A stretch of 64,000 nt of DNA from an uncultured bacterium (GCA_943788675.1 CALSRE010000001.1:595573-659572); one strand, 5' to 3'. Numbered from the stretch's first letter, positions 49,901-62,494 are shown. The notes: generated by a model not told the origin, from the letters alone. A program made the numbers and translations.

Positions 49901-50664
49901 TTTTTAAGTTAAAAGAAGGCGATCAATTACAACCGGGTATTTTAAAACTAGCTAAAGTGTATGTTGCTAATAAGAGAAAAGTTTCTATTGGTGACAAGAT
50001 GGCTGGAAGACACGGTAATAAAGGTGTTATTGCAACTATTGTTCCTGAAGAAAATATGCCATTTTTAGAAGATGGTACCCCTGTAGATATTTGTTTAAAT
50101 CCAATGGGTGTTCCTTCAAGAATGAATCTTGGACAGCTTTACGAAACGATGTTAGGCTGGGCAGGAAAGCGTCTAGGTGAAAGGTATGAAACTCCAGTAT
50201 TTAATGGAGCTACACCAGACGAAGTTGCTGCAAAAATGAAAGAAGCAGGCTTACCAGATTCCGGTAAAGTCACTTTGTTCGATGGTTTGACAGGTGAAAA
50301 AATAGATAATCCTGTTCTTGTAGGTTATCAGTACATGATGAAATTATACCACATGGTTGATGATAAGATGCATGCACGTTCAACTGGACCTTACTCGCTT
50401 GTTACGCAACAGCCGCTTGGTGGTAAAGCTCAATTTGGTGGACAGAGATTCGGTGAGATGGAAGTTTGGGCTCTTCAAGCTTATGGAGCAGCGCACATTT
50501 TAAGAGAAATCCTTACAATTAAATCAGATGATATTGAAGGAAGATCTAAAGTGTACAGCGCTCTTGTTAAAGGAGAGGATTTACCTGATCCAACTACGCC
50601 AGAGGCATTTAATGTATTCATGAAAGAAATTCAAGGTCTTGGTCTTGATATAACTTTAGACTAA
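46909..50664 (+). CDS. rpoB: DNA-directed RNA polymerase subunit beta
   Basis: 1251 aa with GDKMAGRHGNKGV and FGEMEVWALQAYGAA motifs. The TTG start is preceded by a GGAGGT SD sequence 8 nt upstream. Confidence 0.98.
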   Translation: MKLDKINIRHNFEKIKTTTEFPDLLDLQVGSFHDFLQEGVKPKEREMFGLHEAFVSIFPLQDNHENYILEYKSYTIGKPRYSPSECSDRGITFNVPLTVQLRLKITDEKDKKKFSQVIDQDVYFGNMPYMTDKGTFIINGAERTVVTQLQRSPGAFFDQKFHPNGAKLYNARIIPIRGSWIDFTTDINDVLFTIIDRKRKFPATLLLRSLGFSSDEDIYNAFGLIQDLNPSKIDEDRLSHYVVIEDIIDHETGELFVESGKELNESIVKTLKKNKAKSIKVVDVRNNIDSMMLHNTIQKDPTKSTEEALVRVYYLLRGSEAPSPESAEKFIHRMFFFPKKYDLGQVGRYRLDKQFNLDNTGKDAVLTHDDFLITLKFLIQMRKGLRAPDDIDHLGNRRVRTVGEQLKVQFNSALARMVRTVYERMNLRESETITPQDLINSRLVTTVINTFFGTSQLSQFGDQTNPLAEITHKRRISSLGPGGLSRERAGFEVRDVHYTHYGRLCPIETPEGPNIGLISSLALMAKINRHGFIEAPYRKIDDKILTSKVQYLSADDEDRSNIAQSGLEADKKGLISESKIRVRSKGDFPIVDADQVHYSDIVPNQILSVAAALIPFVEHDDANRALMGSNMQRQSVPLLKTDAPIVATGMEKVVARDSKSVLLSPVSGKVVHVDAKKIIIKDSNYKHGSLLKKDEDLRTVELIKYSRSNQNTCYNQKVLVGVGDKVKQGDVIADGASTQGGELALGKNALIAFMPWNGYNFEDAIVINERLVRDDVFTSIHVNEIELEVRDTKRGEEELTPEIPNVSEEATAQLDENGLIRVGAIVNEDDILIGKVTPKGETDPSPEEKLLRAIFGEKAGDVKDASKKAEPGVKGVVIKTDLYEKTSKQSRAEVNKQIKELQKTKRNDERELRASRDKLLKGLLKDKSSLGIKDKIDKVLIKKGTKLTLKKLDSLNFEQFSHKDPWISGPKSWEKIGLIFDSFNRHLAELEDKLETDIFKLKEGDQLQPGILKLAKVYVANKRKVSIGDKMAGRHGNKGVIATIVPEENMPFLEDGTPVDICLNPMGVPSRMNLGQLYETMLGWAGKRLGERYETPVFNGATPDEVAAKMKEAGLPDSGKVTLFDGLTGEKIDNPVLVGYQYMMKLYHMVDDKMHARSTGPYSLVTQQPLGGKAQFGGQRFGEMEVWALQAYGAAHILREILTIKSDDIEGRSKVYSALVKGEDLPDPTTPEAFNVFMKEIQGLGLDITLD

Positions 50665-50676
50665 AGGAAATTATAG

Positions 50677-53600
50677 ATGTATAAAGCAAAAAATAGTATT
50701 TCAATTAAGTTAGCTTCACCAGAAAAGATTCTTGAAGGATCTTTTGGTGAAGTATTAAAGCCAGAGACAATCAATTACAGATCATACAAACCTGAAAAAG
50801 ACGGTTTATTCTGTGAAAAAATCTTTGGACCTGTGAAGGATTTTGAATGTCACTGCGGAAAATATAAAGGTATCCGTTATAGAGGTATTATTTGCGATAG
50901 ATGCGGAGTTGAAGTTACTACAAAAAAAGTTCGAAGAAATCGTATGGGCCATATAACCCTTGCGGTACCGGTTGTTCATATTTGGTTCTTAAAATCTATT
51001 CCAAGTAAACTTAGTTATATCTTAGGCAAAAGCGCTAAACAGCTTGAAAGCGTTATTTATTATGAAAACTACCTGGTAATCAATCCAGGTAAAAGTGGTT
51101 ATAAAAGATTTGAATTAATTGATGAAGAAGCTTTTTTAGAGCTTGATCAAGAATTCGGATTTGATGCTGTTTCACAGGAAGAAAGAGAAGAAGAGTCATA
51201 CTTCTACGCAGCAATGGGTGGAGAGGCTATAAAAGATGCTCTATCTGAGATGGATTTATTAGAATTAAAGCAAGAGTTAGAGTTAATCAGTACCACAACT
51301 AAGTCAAAGCAAAAAAGAGAAGATGCTCTAAAAAGATTAAAGGTTGTTAAAGATTTTGCAAGAGACAGAAATAATAAACCTGAATGGATGATTGTTTCAA
51401 TTCTTCCAGTTATGCCTCCAGAGCTTAGACCTCTTGTTCCGTTAGAAGGCGGTAGATTTGCTGCTAGTGATTTGAATGATTTATATAGAAGAATTATTAT
51501 TAGAAATAATAGACTTAAACAGTTGATGGATATCCAGGCACCTGAAGTCATTCTTCGAAACGAAAAAAGAATGCTGCAAGAGTCTGTTGATGCTCTTTTT
51601 GATAATACAAAACGTAAAACTGCAATTAGAAGCGGATCTAAAAGACCTTTGAAATCAATATCAGATATGCTTAGAGGTAAACAGGGAAGATTTAGACAAA
51701 ATTTGCTTGGTAAAAGAGTTGATTATTCAGGAAGATCCGTTATTGTTGTTGGCCCAGAATTGAAAATGACTGAATGTGGTATTCCTAAGAATATGGCATT
51801 GGAGTTATTTAAGCCTCATTTGATTAGAGAGCTTATTAGAAGAGATTTAGCTGCAACACCTAGAAGTGCCAAATTGATGATTGAAAATAAAGAATCATTT
51901 GTTTACGAAATTTTAGAAAGCGTAGTTAAAGATCACCCAGTGTTACTTAATCGTGCTCCCACACTTCATAGGCTTGGTATTATCGCTTTCCAGCCGATTT
52001 TGATTGATGGAAAAGCTATAAGAGTTCATCCATTAGTATGTTCAGCATTTAATGCTGACTTTGATGGTGACCAGATGGCTGTACACGTACCACTTTCTAT
52101 TCCATCTCAATTGGAAGCCAGAATTTTAATGATGGCAAGTCAGAATGTATTACATCCTGCTAGTGGAAAACCAATTACTCTTCCATCGCAAGATATGATT
52201 TTAGGTTGTTACTATTTAACTAGTCAAAAGAAAGGTCAAATTGGAGAAGGAAAATCCTTTGGATCTATTGATGAGGTTAAAATAGCATATGACAATGATA
52301 AAGTTGGGATGCATGCTATTGTCAATGTAAGACATAACGGAGTATGGCATAAGAATACTACCGCTGGTAGGGCCATTTTTAATTCTATAATTCCTGAAGA
52401 GCTCGGTTATTACGACGAAGTTATTTCGAAAAAAAGATTAAGTTTTATCATAGGAGATTCATTCGTAAAAGCAGGTAATCAAAAAACTGTTAATCTTCTT
52501 GATGATTTAAAGGATATTGGTTTTAAAACTGCAACAAAGAGCGGTGTATCAATTTCTATCAGTGATATTATCATTCCTGAAAAGAAAAATGACATTATTA
52601 AAAAAGCAGAAAACGAAGTTGATAAAATTCAACAACGATTTGATCGTCATGTATTAACAGAAGGGGAACGTTATAATAAAGTTATCGACGTATGGACTAA
52701 AGCAACTAGTGATGTTGCCGATGTTATGATGGACGGCATAAGATCAGACGATGAAGGTTTCAATGCGCTTTACATATCTTCAGATTCTGGAGCTAGAGGA
52801 AGTGGCGACCAAATTAAACAGTTGGCAGGTATGAGAGGGTTAATGGCAAAACCTAGGAAATCTATGATTGGTGGTGGAGAAATTATCGAGAGCCCAATTC
52901 AATCAAATTTTAAAGAAGGTCTATCAGTGATGGAGTACTTTATTTCTACTCACGGAGCAAGAAAAGGTCTTGCTGATACTGCTCTTAAAACGGCCGATGC
53001 TGGTTATCTAACTAGGAGATTAGTTGATGTGGCTCAAGATGTTACCATCTATGAATACGACTGTAAAACAATAAACGGAATCACTGTTTCAGATTTAAAA
53101 GAAGGAGAGGAAATCGTTGAGTCCTTAGCTGAACGTATTCTTGGAAGAACATCTTCTGAAAAAATTGTTGTTGATGGAAAAACTATAGTAAAAGCAGGTG
53201 ATGTATTTGATGAAGCATTAGCTGAACAAGTAGTTAATAATAATTTTAACAGTATTAAAATAAAGTCAATTCTTACATGTGAATCAAGAAGAGGTGTATG
53301 TGCAAAATGTTATGGTTGGGATTTAACTAGAAGACAGCTTGTAACTAAAGGAACAGCTGTTGGTATTATTGCTGCTCAAAGTATTGGAGAGCCAGGCACT
53401 CAGCTTACTTTAAGAACTTTCCACATTGGTGGTACTGCTACTCGTATCGCAGAAGAATCTGATAAAAAATCTAGAAATAGTGGTTCAGTCAAATTTAGCT
53501 CTGAATATGAATTAGCTGAAACAGTCGATGAAGATGGATTTAAAGTTGTAAGATGTTTATCCAGAAGTGGAAAATTATCAATTGTTGATGCAAAAAATAA

Positions 53601-54864
53601 TGTATTAGAAGATTTTAACGTTCCATATGGTGCGAATGTAAATGTATCTGAAGGAGATAAAATCAAAAAAGGAACAACATTATTTTCATGGGATCCTTAT
53701 ACGGATTTAATTCTTGCAAGACAATCTGGTGTCATTAAAATGAAAGATTTTATTGAGGGTGATACTTATCAAGAAGAAGCTGTTGACGGCGGTAAAAAAC
53801 AAAAAGTTGTTACTGAATCTAAAGATAGAAGGTTAAGTCCTCAAATTGAGATTTATAGCAAAAAGGGTGACATATTATCAGGGGGTACAATTTTACCTGT
53901 AAAAGCAACTCTTATTGTAAACGATGGACAAGAAGTTGCCAAAGGTCAAACTTTAGTAAAAATACAAAAAGATGTTGGTAAATCTAGAGATATTACAGGT
54001 GGTCTACCAAGAGTAGCAGAGTTGTTTGAAGCTAGAAAGCCAGCTAATCCAGCAGTTGTAAGTGAGATTAATGGAACAGTTGAGTTTGGTGAAATCAAAA
54101 GAGGGGTTCGTAAGATTTCTGTAATTCCTTCTAATGGTAAATCTGTTGTATATAAAATTCCTTACGGTAAACACGTTGTAGTACATGAAGGCGATTTTAT
54201 ATCTGCAGGGACTCCACTTTGCGAAGGTGCAATTTCTCCAGCAGACATTTTAACTATTTTAGGGCCTAATGCTGTTAGAGAATATTTAGTTGATGAAATT
54301 CAAGAGGTATATCGACTTCAAGGAGTTGGAATTAATGATAAGCATATCGAAGTGATTGTTAATCAGATGATGAAAAAAGTTGTTATCAACAATCCAGGTG
54401 ATACAATGTACTTGCCTGGCGAACGATTGGATAAACAAGATATTTTTGCTGAAAATGATAGCATGAAAGGTATGGTTGTTGTAGATGAGTCTGGAGATTC
54501 TAATCTTGATGTTGGAACTATGATATCACAGAATGAAGTAAAAGAAATAAACAAGGAATTCAAATCTAAAGATCAAAATATCATTAAGTTTCACAAAGCT
54601 AGACAGGCAACATTTGAACCAATTTTAATGGGTATAACTCAATCTTCTCTAAATACAAATAGCTTTATTTCAGCTGCTTCTTTCCAAGAAACAACTAGAG
54701 TCTTAACGGATGCTGCTACAGCTTCAAAGACAGATCATTTGCTTGGATTAAAAGAAAATGTAGCGCTTGGAAGGTTGATTCCTGCAGGAACAGGTTTTCC
54801 TGAATTGAATAAAATTCGTTTAACTGATGACGCAAATTTAGATAGCTCTGAAGAGCAAAGTTAA
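50677..54864 (+). CDS. rpoC: DNA-directed RNA polymerase subunit beta'
   Basis: 1395 aa with the Zn-finger CHCGKYKG...CDRCGVEV and catalytic [12 protein letters not shown]. Confidence 0.98.
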   Translation: MYKAKNSISIKLASPEKILEGSFGEVLKPETINYRSYKPEKDGLFCEKIFGPVKDFECHCGKYKGIRYRGIICDRCGVEVTTKKVRRNRMGHITLAVPVVHIWFLKSIPSKLSYILGKSAKQLESVIYYENYLVINPGKSGYKRFELIDEEAFLELDQEFGFDAVSQEEREEESYFYAAMGGEAIKDALSEMDLLELKQELELISTTTKSKQKREDALKRLKVVKDFARDRNNKPEWMIVSILPVMPPELRPLVPLEGGRFAASDLNDLYRRIIIRNNRLKQLMDIQAPEVILRNEKRMLQESVDALFDNTKRKTAIRSGSKRPLKSISDMLRGKQGRFRQNLLGKRVDYSGRSVIVVGPELKMTECGIPKNMALELFKPHLIRELIRRDLAATPRSAKLMIENKESFVYEILESVVKDHPVLLNRAPTLHRLGIIAFQPILIDGKAIRVHPLVCSAFNADFDGDQMAVHVPLSIPSQLEARILMMASQNVLHPASGKPITLPSQDMILGCYYLTSQKKGQIGEGKSFGSIDEVKIAYDNDKVGMHAIVNVRHNGVWHKNTTAGRAIFNSIIPEELGYYDEVISKKRLSFIIGDSFVKAGNQKTVNLLDDLKDIGFKTATKSGVSISISDIIIPEKKNDIIKKAENEVDKIQQRFDRHVLTEGERYNKVIDVWTKATSDVADVMMDGIRSDDEGFNALYISSDSGARGSGDQIKQLAGMRGLMAKPRKSMIGGGEIIESPIQSNFKEGLSVMEYFISTHGARKGLADTALKTADAGYLTRRLVDVAQDVTIYEYDCKTINGITVSDLKEGEEIVESLAERILGRTSSEKIVVDGKTIVKAGDVFDEALAEQVVNNNFNSIKIKSILTCESRRGVCAKCYGWDLTRRQLVTKGTAVGIIAAQSIGEPGTQLTLRTFHIGGTATRIAEESDKKSRNSGSVKFSSEYELAETVDEDGFKVVRCLSRSGKLSIVDAKNNVLEDFNVPYGANVNVSEGDKIKKGTTLFSWDPYTDLILARQSGVIKMKDFIEGDTYQEEAVDGGKKQKVVTESKDRRLSPQIEIYSKKGDILSGGTILPVKATLIVNDGQEVAKGQTLVKIQKDVGKSRDITGGLPRVAELFEARKPANPAVVSEINGTVEFGEIKRGVRKISVIPSNGKSVVYKIPYGKHVVVHEGDFISAGTPLCEGAISPADILTILGPNAVREYLVDEIQEVYRLQGVGINDKHIEVIVNQMMKKVVINNPGDTMYLPGERLDKQDIFAENDSMKGMVVVDESGDSNLDVGTMISQNEVKEINKEFKSKDQNIIKFHKARQATFEPILMGITQSSLNTNSFISAASFQETTRVLTDAATASKTDHLLGLKENVALGRLIPAGTGFPELNKIRLTDDANLDSSEEQS

Positions 54865-54927
54865 CCTTAAGAAGTTTAATGATACGTTGTTGTCAAAAAT
54901 GAATATTCCTACGCGTTCAAGAAAAAG

Positions 54928-54959
54928 TTTGATTCTTCCGTGTTATAACAATATATTCG
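54928..54959 (+). promoter_or_regulatory. candidate FCB/Bacteroidetes-type promoter (TTTG-N20-TATATTCG) for rpsL
   Basis: TTTG at 54928-54931 and TATATTCG at 54952-54959, about 32 nt before the rpsL ATG. The layout parallels the tRNA-tuf candidate. Confidence 0.25.
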
Positions 54960-54990
54960 CCGGTACTTTTAAATATTATAGGAAAGATAT

Positions 54991-55365
54991 ATGCCAACTG
55001 TAAACCAGCTAATAAGAAAGAGTAGAAAAAAAATAGTTAATAAATCTGCTAGTAGAGCGCTTGAAAAAAGCCCTCAGAAAAGAGGTGTATGTACTCGTGT
55101 ATATACAACTACTCCAAAGAAGCCTAATTCTGCTTTAAGAAAGGTTGCTAGAGTTCGATTGACTAATGGTATAGAGGTTAATGCATATATTCCTGGTGAA
55201 GGACATAACCTTCAAGAGCACTCAATTGTGCTGATTGAAGGTGGAAGAGTAAAAGACCTTCCAGGAGTTAGATTTCATATTGTTCGCGGTTCATTGGACA
55301 CTGCAGGTGTAAATGACAGAAAGACTAGTAGATCTCGCTATGGAGCAAAAAAACCAAAAAAATAA
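54991..55365 (+). CDS. rpsL: 30S ribosomal protein S12
   Basis: 124 aa: [10 protein letters not shown]...[19 protein letters not shown]. Confidence 0.98.
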   Translation: MPTVNQLIRKSRKKIVNKSASRALEKSPQKRGVCTRVYTTTPKKPNSALRKVARVRLTNGIEVNAYIPGEGHNLQEHSIVLIEGGRVKDLPGVRFHIVRGSLDTAGVNDRKTSRSRYGAKKPKK

Positions 55366-55368
55366 ATT

Positions 55369-55842
55369 ATGAGAAGAAGAAGACCAGAAAAAAGAACTAT
55401 TAATCCAGATCCTAAATTTAACGATCTTCAAATATCTAAATTTATGAATTATTTATTGACAGACGGTAAAAAAGGGATTGCTGAAAAGATTCTATATGAT
55501 GCTTTTGATATCGTAAAAGATAAAAGTAAAAAAGATCCTGTTGATATTTTCAAGAAAGCTCTAAATAACGCTGCTCCCCATGTAGAAGTAAAGTCAAAAA
55601 GAATTGGCGGTGCTACATATCAAGTACCGATAGAGGTCCCTACTAGAAGACAGTTTTATCTTGCATCTCAATGGATAATCGAAAGTGCTAAGAAAAGATC
55701 TGGTAGCGCTATGTCTAATAGACTAGCAGGTGAAATCCTTTCAGCTTCAAACAATGAAGGATCTGCTATTAAGAAAAAAGAAGATACGCATCGTATGGCT
55801 GAAGCGAACAAAGCATTCGCACATTTTGGAAGAGGAAGATAA
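55369..55842 (+). CDS. rpsG: 30S ribosomal protein S7
   Basis: 157 aa with [16 protein letters not shown]. Confidence 0.97.
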   Translation: MRRRRPEKRTINPDPKFNDLQISKFMNYLLTDGKKGIAEKILYDAFDIVKDKSKKDPVDIFKKALNNAAPHVEVKSKRIGGATYQVPIEVPTRRQFYLASQWIIESAKKRSGSAMSNRLAGEILSASNNEGSAIKKKEDTHRMAEANKAFAHFGRGR

Positions 55843-57929
55843 TGTCATCTGATTTAAGAATAGTAAGAAATATAGGAATTATGGCACATGTTGATGCTGG
55901 TAAAACAACCTTGACTGAAAGAATGTTATATTACGCTGGAAAAACTCACAAAATTGGTGAAGTTCATGATGGTGCAGCTACGATGGATTGGATGGAGCAG
56001 GAACAAGAAAGAGGTATTACTATTACCTCTGCTGCCACAACTTTTTATTGGGATAAGAATAGAGTTAATTTAATCGACACACCTGGTCACGTAGACTTTA
56101 CTATGGAAGTAGAAAGATCTTTAAGGGTTCTTGATGGTGCAGTTGCTGTTTTTTGTGCAGTTGCAGGTGTAGAACCTCAAAGTGAAACAGTGTGGAGGCA
56201 AGCTACAAAATATAATGTACCGCGAATTGCATTTATTAATAAAATGGATAGAGTAGGTGCAGATTTTTATAATGCCATTGATACAATGAAAAAAAGATTA
56301 GGTGCAAAGCCACTTCCAATAGCTCTTCCAATTGGAGCTGGTGAAGATTTTAGAGGTATTATTGATCTGACAAATATGAAAGCTATTGAATATAATGAAA
56401 GTTCTCAGGGAGCTGAATTTGAATATATTGAGATTCCAGAAGATCTAAAAGCAGATGCTGATAAATGGAGAAATTTTCTTATTGAAGAAGTCGCAAGCTT
56501 TGATGATGCTCTTATGGAAAAATATTTATCTGAAGAAGAGATTACGCCTGATGAAATTAAAGGAGCATTAAAGAGAGGATGTTTTGAAAATGCTTTTGTT
56601 CCTACTCTCTGTGGATCTGCTTTCAAAAATAAAGGTGTTCAAAGAGTGTTGGATGCTGTTATTGATTTTCTGCCTTCCCCTACAGATGTTGGGAGTATCG
56701 AAGGTTCATCTGTTGACAATCCTGAGGAGTCAGTACAAATACAGAATTCTGTTGACGGATCATTTGCAGCGTTAGCTTTCAAGATTGCAACTGACCCATT
56801 TGTTGGAAAATTGACATATATCAGAGTATACTCAGGTGTTCTTAAAAAAGGTTCATTCTGTATTGATTCTAATACAGGAGATAAGCAGAGAGTTTCTAGA
56901 ATTTTACAGATGCATGCGAATAAACGAGAAGAATTAGATGAAGCAAAAGCAGGTGAGATTGTTGCTGTTATCGGATTAAAAGATGTTAGAACGGGTCATA
57001 CATTATCTGAAAAGGGCGATGTTACTTTAGAGTCTATGGAGTTTCCAGACCCTGTTGTTTCTGTTTCAATTGAACCAGTATCTAAAGGAGATCAGGATCA
57101 ATTAGCTAAAGGTATGAATAAATTAAGTGAAGAAGATCCTACTTTTAAGGTAAAAGTTGATAGCGAAACAGGGCAAACAGTTATCTCTGGAATGGGAGAA
57201 GTTCACCTTGAGATCATTATAGATAGGTTAAAGCGTGAATTTAATGTTAATGCTAATGTTGGTAAGCCTCAGGTTTCATTCAGAGAAGCAATTCAAAAAT
57301 CTGTCGAAAAAATTGATGAAAAATTTGTTAGACAGTCTGGTGGTCGTGGACAGTATGGTCATGTTGTAATAAATGTTAAGCCAACTGCTCAAGGTGAGGG
57401 TTATAAATTTATTAATAAGATTGTCGGTGGTGTAATTCCGAGAGAATATATTCCTGCTGTAGACGCTGGAATTCAAGAGCAATTAAAAAATGGAGTTCTT
57501 CACGGGTATCCAATTCCAGATGTCGAAGTAGAGCTAGTTTTTGGTTCTTACCACGATGTTGACTCTTCTGAAATTGCATTTAAAGTTGCAGGTTCAAGAG
57601 CTATTGCTAAAGCTTGCAAAGCAGCTAGCCCAGTATTAATGGAGCCAATTATGGCCGTAGAAGCAACTACTCCAGATGACTATCTTGGTGATGTTATCGG
57701 TGATATTAATTCTAGAAGAGGTAAAGTAGAAACAATGGAGCAACAAGGTAATAATCAGCAAATTAAGGCTGCAGTACCTTTGAGTGAAATGTTTGGTTAT
57801 GCAACGGATTTAAGATCGCTTTCTCAAGGAAGAGCAAACTTTCATATGGATTTTCATGAATATGCTAAAGTGCCAGCTTCTATTGAAGAGAAGTTAATGA
57901 AATCACAATCCAAGGATGGAGAAGCATAA
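55842..57929 (+). CDS. fusA: elongation factor G
   Basis: 695 aa with [17 protein letters not shown] and NKMD motifs. Confidence 0.98.
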   Translation: MSSDLRIVRNIGIMAHVDAGKTTLTERMLYYAGKTHKIGEVHDGAATMDWMEQEQERGITITSAATTFYWDKNRVNLIDTPGHVDFTMEVERSLRVLDGAVAVFCAVAGVEPQSETVWRQATKYNVPRIAFINKMDRVGADFYNAIDTMKKRLGAKPLPIALPIGAGEDFRGIIDLTNMKAIEYNESSQGAEFEYIEIPEDLKADADKWRNFLIEEVASFDDALMEKYLSEEEITPDEIKGALKRGCFENAFVPTLCGSAFKNKGVQRVLDAVIDFLPSPTDVGSIEGSSVDNPEESVQIQNSVDGSFAALAFKIATDPFVGKLTYIRVYSGVLKKGSFCIDSNTGDKQRVSRILQMHANKREELDEAKAGEIVAVIGLKDVRTGHTLSEKGDVTLESMEFPDPVVSVSIEPVSKGDQDQLAKGMNKLSEEDPTFKVKVDSETGQTVISGMGEVHLEIIIDRLKREFNVNANVGKPQVSFREAIQKSVEKIDEKFVRQSGGRGQYGHVVINVKPTAQGEGYKFINKIVGGVIPREYIPAVDAGIQEQLKNGVLHGYPIPDVEVELVFGSYHDVDSSEIAFKVAGSRAIAKACKAASPVLMEPIMAVEATTPDDYLGDVIGDINSRRGKVETMEQQGNNQQIKAAVPLSEMFGYATDLRSLSQGRANFHMDFHEYAKVPASIEEKLMKSQSKDGEA

Positions 57930-57932
57930 GTT

Positions 57933-58241
57933 ATGGCTAAAGATTTAATCAGAATTGCACTTAAAGCTTATGATCACAAGTTGCTCGACAAATCAGCTGA
58001 AAAGATTATTCGTACGGCAAAATCAACTGGAGCAATTATTTCTGGCCCAATTCCTATGCCTACAAAAAGAACTGTTTATACTGTTTTAAGATCACCTTTT
58101 GTTAATAAAAAGTCTAGAGAGCAATTTCAGACTAAGATTCACAAAAGAGTAGTAGATATCGTAAACTCAACACCAAAGACTGTAGAGTCATTAATGAAGC
58201 TCGATTTGCCTTCAGGTGTAGATATAGAGATTAGAGGATAA
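57933..58241 (+). CDS. rpsJ: 30S ribosomal protein S10
   Basis: 102 aa: [14 protein letters not shown]...GPIPMPT. Confidence 0.97.
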   Translation: MAKDLIRIALKAYDHKLLDKSAEKIIRTAKSTGAIISGPIPMPTKRTVYTVLRSPFVNKKSREQFQTKIHKRVVDIVNSTPKTVESLMKLDLPSGVDIEIRG

Positions 58242-58245
58242 TTAA

Positions 58246-58866
58246 ATGTACGGTTTAATTGGTAAAAAAATTAAAATGACACAAATCTTTAATGATGATG
58301 GTCATGTAGTGCCAGTTACATTGGTTGAAGCAGGACCATGCACTGTATCTCAAATTAAAAATGAGAATAATGCTGGTTATAATGCAGTACAATTAGCTTA
58401 TGGTCAAAAATCTAAGAAAAAAACAAATAAACCAATGAGTGGTCATTTATCAAAATCTGGAGTTGAGACTGCTAAAGTTATAGCTGAGTTCAAATCTATT
58501 GTAGACTTTGACTATAAATTAGGTCAAAAATTTGATTCATCTATTTTTAATGTTGGCGAAGTTATTGATGTTAGAGCAAAATCAAAAGGTAAAGGGTTTG
58601 CTGGAACAATTAAAAGACATAATTTTGCTAGACAGGATGCTACTCATGGTAATAAACACACCGAAAGAGCGCCAGGTTCAATTGGACAGGCTTCATGGCC
58701 TTCAAGAGTATTTAAAGGCATGAAAATGGCCGGCAGAAAAGGTTCAGATAATGTAACTGTTCAAAATTTAGAAATTGTTGATATAGACAAAGAAAATAAT
58801 TTACTATTTATTAAAGGAGCAATACCGGGAGCAAACAACGCACCAGTATTTTTATTAAAGAAATGA
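58246..58866 (+). CDS. rplC: 50S ribosomal protein L3
   Basis: 206 aa: GLIGKKIKMTQIF...GKGFAGTIKRHNF. Confidence 0.97.
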   Translation: MYGLIGKKIKMTQIFNDDGHVVPVTLVEAGPCTVSQIKNENNAGYNAVQLAYGQKSKKKTNKPMSGHLSKSGVETAKVIAEFKSIVDFDYKLGQKFDSSIFNVGEVIDVRAKSKGKGFAGTIKRHNFARQDATHGNKHTERAPGSIGQASWPSRVFKGMKMAGRKGSDNVTVQNLEIVDIDKENNLLFIKGAIPGANNAPVFLLKK

Positions 58867-59480
58867 AAATAAAATCAATAGATACAAGCAAAGATTTTCA
58901 ATTGAATGATGCAGTTTTTAAGGTTGCTATGAATTCACAAGCTGTTTATCAATCTGTTGTTGCTGAAATGAATAACGCTAGACAGGGTACAAGTTCTACA
59001 AAAAATAGATCGCTTGTATCAGGTGGTGGTAAAAAGCCATTTAGGCAAAAAGGAACAGGTAATGCTAGACAGGGAACAAGCAGATCGCCTCTAAACAGAG
59101 GTGGTGGTTCAATATTTGGCCCTACTCCTAAATATTACTTCAAAAAAGTTAATATTAAAACTAAGCAGCTAGCTTATAAATGTATTCTTTCTGATAAGGT
59201 TAAAAATGATGCTTTTAAAGTAATTGAATCTCTTCCTTCTGTAGAAAAAACTAAAGAATTTGTATCATTTTTAAATAAAAATGGCTTCAAAGGCATGAAA
59301 GTAACTATAGTTTCATCTGAAATAAACGAGAAATTAGCTCTGTCATCAAGAAATGTTCCTTATGTTTCAATGGTAAAGGCTAGTTCTTGTTCAGTCAGAG
59401 ATCTTTATGATAATGATGTAATCATTATTGATATTAGCGGCCTTGAGGTTTTATCAAGTAGGTTTGGAGATAAAAACTAA
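58863..59480 (+). CDS. rplD: 50S ribosomal protein L4
   Basis: 205 aa with [24 protein letters not shown]. Confidence 0.97.
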   Translation: MKIKSIDTSKDFQLNDAVFKVAMNSQAVYQSVVAEMNNARQGTSSTKNRSLVSGGGKKPFRQKGTGNARQGTSRSPLNRGGGSIFGPTPKYYFKKVNIKTKQLAYKCILSDKVKNDAFKVIESLPSVEKTKEFVSFLNKNGFKGMKVTIVSSEINEKLALSSRNVPYVSMVKASSCSVRDLYDNDVIIIDISGLEVLSSRFGDKN

Positions 59481-59791
59481 TGAGCCATTATTCAAAAATT
59501 TTAATTAGACCTGTTGTTACCGAAAAAATGACTGCGTTGCAAGAAACAGAAAATAAGTACGCATTTGAGGTTCCGGTTAATATCAACAAGATAGATATTA
59601 AAAAAGCTGTTGAAGAAAAATTTAACGTTAAAGTATCTAAAGTTGCTATTTCTAATAGAAAAGGCAAAGCAAAGCAGATGACAGTTAAAAGTAATGGTCG
59701 AACTATAAGAACTGATGGGTTTGCTAAGAGTAAAAAAAGGGCTATCGTAACACTAATCGATGGATATAATATAGATTTATTTAGTATTTAG
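59480..59791 (+). CDS. rplW: 50S ribosomal protein L23
   Basis: 103 aa with L23-like IRPVVTEK and position in the S10 operon. Confidence 0.95.
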   Translation: MSHYSKILIRPVVTEKMTALQETENKYAFEVPVNINKIDIKKAVEEKFNVKVSKVAISNRKGKAKQMTVKSNGRTIRTDGFAKSKKRAIVTLIDGYNIDLFSI

Positions 59792-59799
59792 AGAGAATT

Positions 59800-60627
59800 A
59801 TGGCAATAAGACAATTAAAACCAGTAACACCAGCATCTAGATTCACTTCTAGACCTGATTTTTCTGAGATTACAACTGATAGACCAGAAAAATCTTTAGT
59901 TAGAAAACTTAAAAAAACTGGTGGTAGAAATAATAAAGGACGTATTACTTCAAGAAGAAGAGGTGGCGGTCATAAAAGAAGTTATAGAATTATAGATTTC
60001 AAAAGAAATAAGTTTGATATCGAGGGTAATGTAGCAACAATAGAATATGATCCAAATAGAAGTGCTTTTATCGCACTTATTCACTATGTAGATGGTGAAA
60101 AAAGATATATTATTCAACCTGATGGGTTGAAAGTTGGAGATAAGATTATTTCTGCAGAAAAAGCTGAATTAAAAACTGGTAATGCAATGCAGTTAAAAAA
60201 TATCCCATCTGGACAATTTGTTCATAATATTGAGATGATTCCTGGCAAGGGAGCTCAAATGGCTCGTAGCGCTGGTGCATACGTACAAGTTATGGCACAC
60301 GATAATAATTATGTAACATTAAAAATGCCTTCTGGTGAAGTAAGAATGGTTCCAGAAAAATGTTTAGCCACAGTCGGTGTTGTTGGAAACAAGCAGCATG
60401 AACTTGTTCGCTCAGGGAAAGCTGGTCGCTCAAGATGGTTAGGGAAGAGACCTAAAGTTAGAGGTGTAGCAATGAATCCAGTAGACCACCCACATGGTGG
60501 TGGTGAGGGTAAAAGCTCCGGAGGAAGACATCCAGTTACTCCATGGGGTAAGCCTACTAAGGGTTATAAAACTCGTAAAAAGAATAAAAAATCAAATGCT
60601 TTGATTGTTAAAAGGAGAAATGATTAA
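59800..60627 (+). CDS. rplB: 50S ribosomal protein L2
   Basis: 275 aa with [18 protein letters not shown]. Confidence 0.98.
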   Translation: MAIRQLKPVTPASRFTSRPDFSEITTDRPEKSLVRKLKKTGGRNNKGRITSRRRGGGHKRSYRIIDFKRNKFDIEGNVATIEYDPNRSAFIALIHYVDGEKRYIIQPDGLKVGDKIISAEKAELKTGNAMQLKNIPSGQFVHNIEMIPGKGAQMARSAGAYVQVMAHDNNYVTLKMPSGEVRMVPEKCLATVGVVGNKQHELVRSGKAGRSRWLGKRPKVRGVAMNPVDHPHGGGEGKSSGGRHPVTPWGKPTKGYKTRKKNKKSNALIVKRRND

Positions 60628-60896
60628 TGGCTAGATCTGTTAGAAAAGGTCCTCATATTGATATGAAGTTATTAAAGAAAGTTCATAAGATGGATGAAGC
60701 TTCAAACAAGACAGTCATCAAGACATGGGCTAGAAATTCAATCATAGTACCCGATTTTGTTGGACATACCTTTGCAGTTCATAATGGGAATAAATTTATT
60801 CCAGTTTTTATAACTGAAAATATGGTTGGGCATAAGTTAGGAGAATTTTCTCCTTCTAGAACTTTTAGAATGCATTCAGGAGATAGAAAGAAATAA
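60627..60896 (+). CDS. rpsS: 30S ribosomal protein S19
   Basis: 89 aa: MARSVRKGP...HNGNKFIPV...MVGHKLGEF. Confidence 0.97.
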   Translation: MARSVRKGPHIDMKLLKKVHKMDEASNKTVIKTWARNSIIVPDFVGHTFAVHNGNKFIPVFITENMVGHKLGEFSPSRTFRMHSGDRKK

Positions 60897-61228
60897 TGGA
60901 TATTATATCAAAAGCAAATGGTGTAAGAATTTCTCCAAAGAAGCTAAGAAAAATTGCTAATCTGGTAAGAGGTCTTAATGTTAATAAGGCGCTTAGTTCT
61001 TTATCTCATATGGATGAAAAAGGAGCGCAGATTGTAATGAAAACTCTTTCTTCTGCTATTGCTAATGCTGATAATAATGAAGATTTTAATTTAGATATGA
61101 ATACAGTAAATGTTAAAACAATAACTGTCGATGAAGGTCCTGCGCTAAAAAGATTTAGAGCACGAGCACAAGGTCGAGCAAATAGAATTAAAAAGAGAAC
61201 TAGTCACTTAAAAATTGTTATAGGATAA
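60896..61228 (+). CDS. rplV: 50S ribosomal protein L22
   Basis: 110 aa with RISPKKLR and RARAQGRANRIKKRTSH. Confidence 0.96.
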   Translation: MDIISKANGVRISPKKLRKIANLVRGLNVNKALSSLSHMDEKGAQIVMKTLSSAIANADNNEDFNLDMNTVNVKTITVDEGPALKRFRARAQGRANRIKKRTSHLKIVIG

Positions 61229-61234
61229 ATATTA

Positions 61235-61873
61235 ATGGGACAAAAATCACATCCAAAAGGACTTAGGTTAGAAGTAAATAAAAATTGGACATCTAATTGG
61301 TTTCCAAAGAAAAATGAATATGCTGCTGATCTAGCTCAAGATATAAAATTAAGAAAATATCTTAAGAAGAGACTTCAAGATGCTTCTGTGTCATCTATCG
61401 ATATCGAAAGAACTTCTCAGGCAATAACAGTCAGTATTCATACAGCTAGACCTGGAATTGTCATTGGAAGAGGCGGAGAAGAAGTCTCTAGACTAAAAAA
61501 AGAAGTTTCAAAGCTTTGTAATACCGATGATATTCATCTAAATATTAATGAGGTCAAAAGACCGGAATTGAACGCAGAGTTAGTTGGTCAAAATATTGCC
61601 CAACAACTCATTAAAAAAATGCCTTACAGAAGAGTTTTAAACAAAACTATGCAGTCAACAATGAGAATGGGTGCTGAAGGTATAAGAATAAATGTAGCAG
61701 GAAGATTAGGTGGAGTTGAGATAGCACGTTCAGAGAGATTTATGGAAGGTAGAGTTCCTTTACATACTTTAAGAGCTGATATTGATTATGCATTAGTTGA
61801 AGCTCCTACTACCTATGGTGTTATAGGCATTAAAGTGTGGATTTGTAACGGATTTACTAAGGCGAAAAAATAA
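61235..61873 (+). CDS. rpsC: 30S ribosomal protein S3
   Basis: 212 aa: [12 protein letters not shown], with KH-domain [10 protein letters not shown]. Confidence 0.97.
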   Translation: MGQKSHPKGLRLEVNKNWTSNWFPKKNEYAADLAQDIKLRKYLKKRLQDASVSSIDIERTSQAITVSIHTARPGIVIGRGGEEVSRLKKEVSKLCNTDDIHLNINEVKRPELNAELVGQNIAQQLIKKMPYRRVLNKTMQSTMRMGAEGIRINVAGRLGGVEIARSERFMEGRVPLHTLRADIDYALVEAPTTYGVIGIKVWICNGFTKAKK

Positions 61874-62295
61874 TGTTAGAACCTAAAAAAATTAAATATA
61901 GAAAAGTTCATAGAGGTCACCGTAAAGGTATGGCTAAAGGTGGAACTGAAGTTAATTTTGGCAGTTATGGAATGAAGGCTATGGAACCAGGCTGGGTTAC
62001 AGCTAGACAAATTGAAGCTACTAGAATCTCTATATCAAGAAGAGTTAGAAAAGTTGGTAAAATGTGGATTAGAATTTTTCCAGATAAACCTATTACTAAA
62101 AAACCTTTAGAAACTAGAATGGGTAAAGGTAAAGGTTCTCCAGAATTTTGGGTTGCAAACGTTAGACCTGGACGTATTTTATTCGAGGTTGAAGGTATTT
62201 CTAAAGAATTGGCTCAAGAGGCATTTAGAATTGCAGGTAATAAATTAGCAATCAAAACAAAATTAGTTTCTAGAAGAGGTTTAAATGAAGATTGA
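61873..62295 (+). CDS. rplP: 50S ribosomal protein L16
   Basis: 140 aa: [14 protein letters not shown]...[10 protein letters not shown]. Confidence 0.97.
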   Translation: MLEPKKIKYRKVHRGHRKGMAKGGTEVNFGSYGMKAMEPGWVTARQIEATRISISRRVRKVGKMWIRIFPDKPITKKPLETRMGKGKGSPEFWVANVRPGRILFEVEGISKELAQEAFRIAGNKLAIKTKLVSRRGLNED

Positions 62296-62494
62296 AGATT
62301 TAAGAAAGATGACTGAAAATGATTTGAAATCAAGGTTGGTTGATAATTCAGAAAACTTACAAAAATATCGTTTTCAAAAATCAATTCAACAGCTTGAAGA
62401 TTACAAGCTCATCGTTGAAATGAAGAAAGAAAATGCAAAGATTAATACGATATTAAGACAAATGTCGTTAAATGAGGAAAATTCTGATGGATAG
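62285..62494 (+). CDS. rpmC: 50S ribosomal protein L29
   Basis: 69 aa with an L29-like helical hairpin, positioned between rplP and rpsQ. Confidence 0.92.
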   Translation: MKIEDLRKMTENDLKSRLVDNSENLQKYRFQKSIQQLEDYKLIVEMKKENAKINTILRQMSLNEENSDG

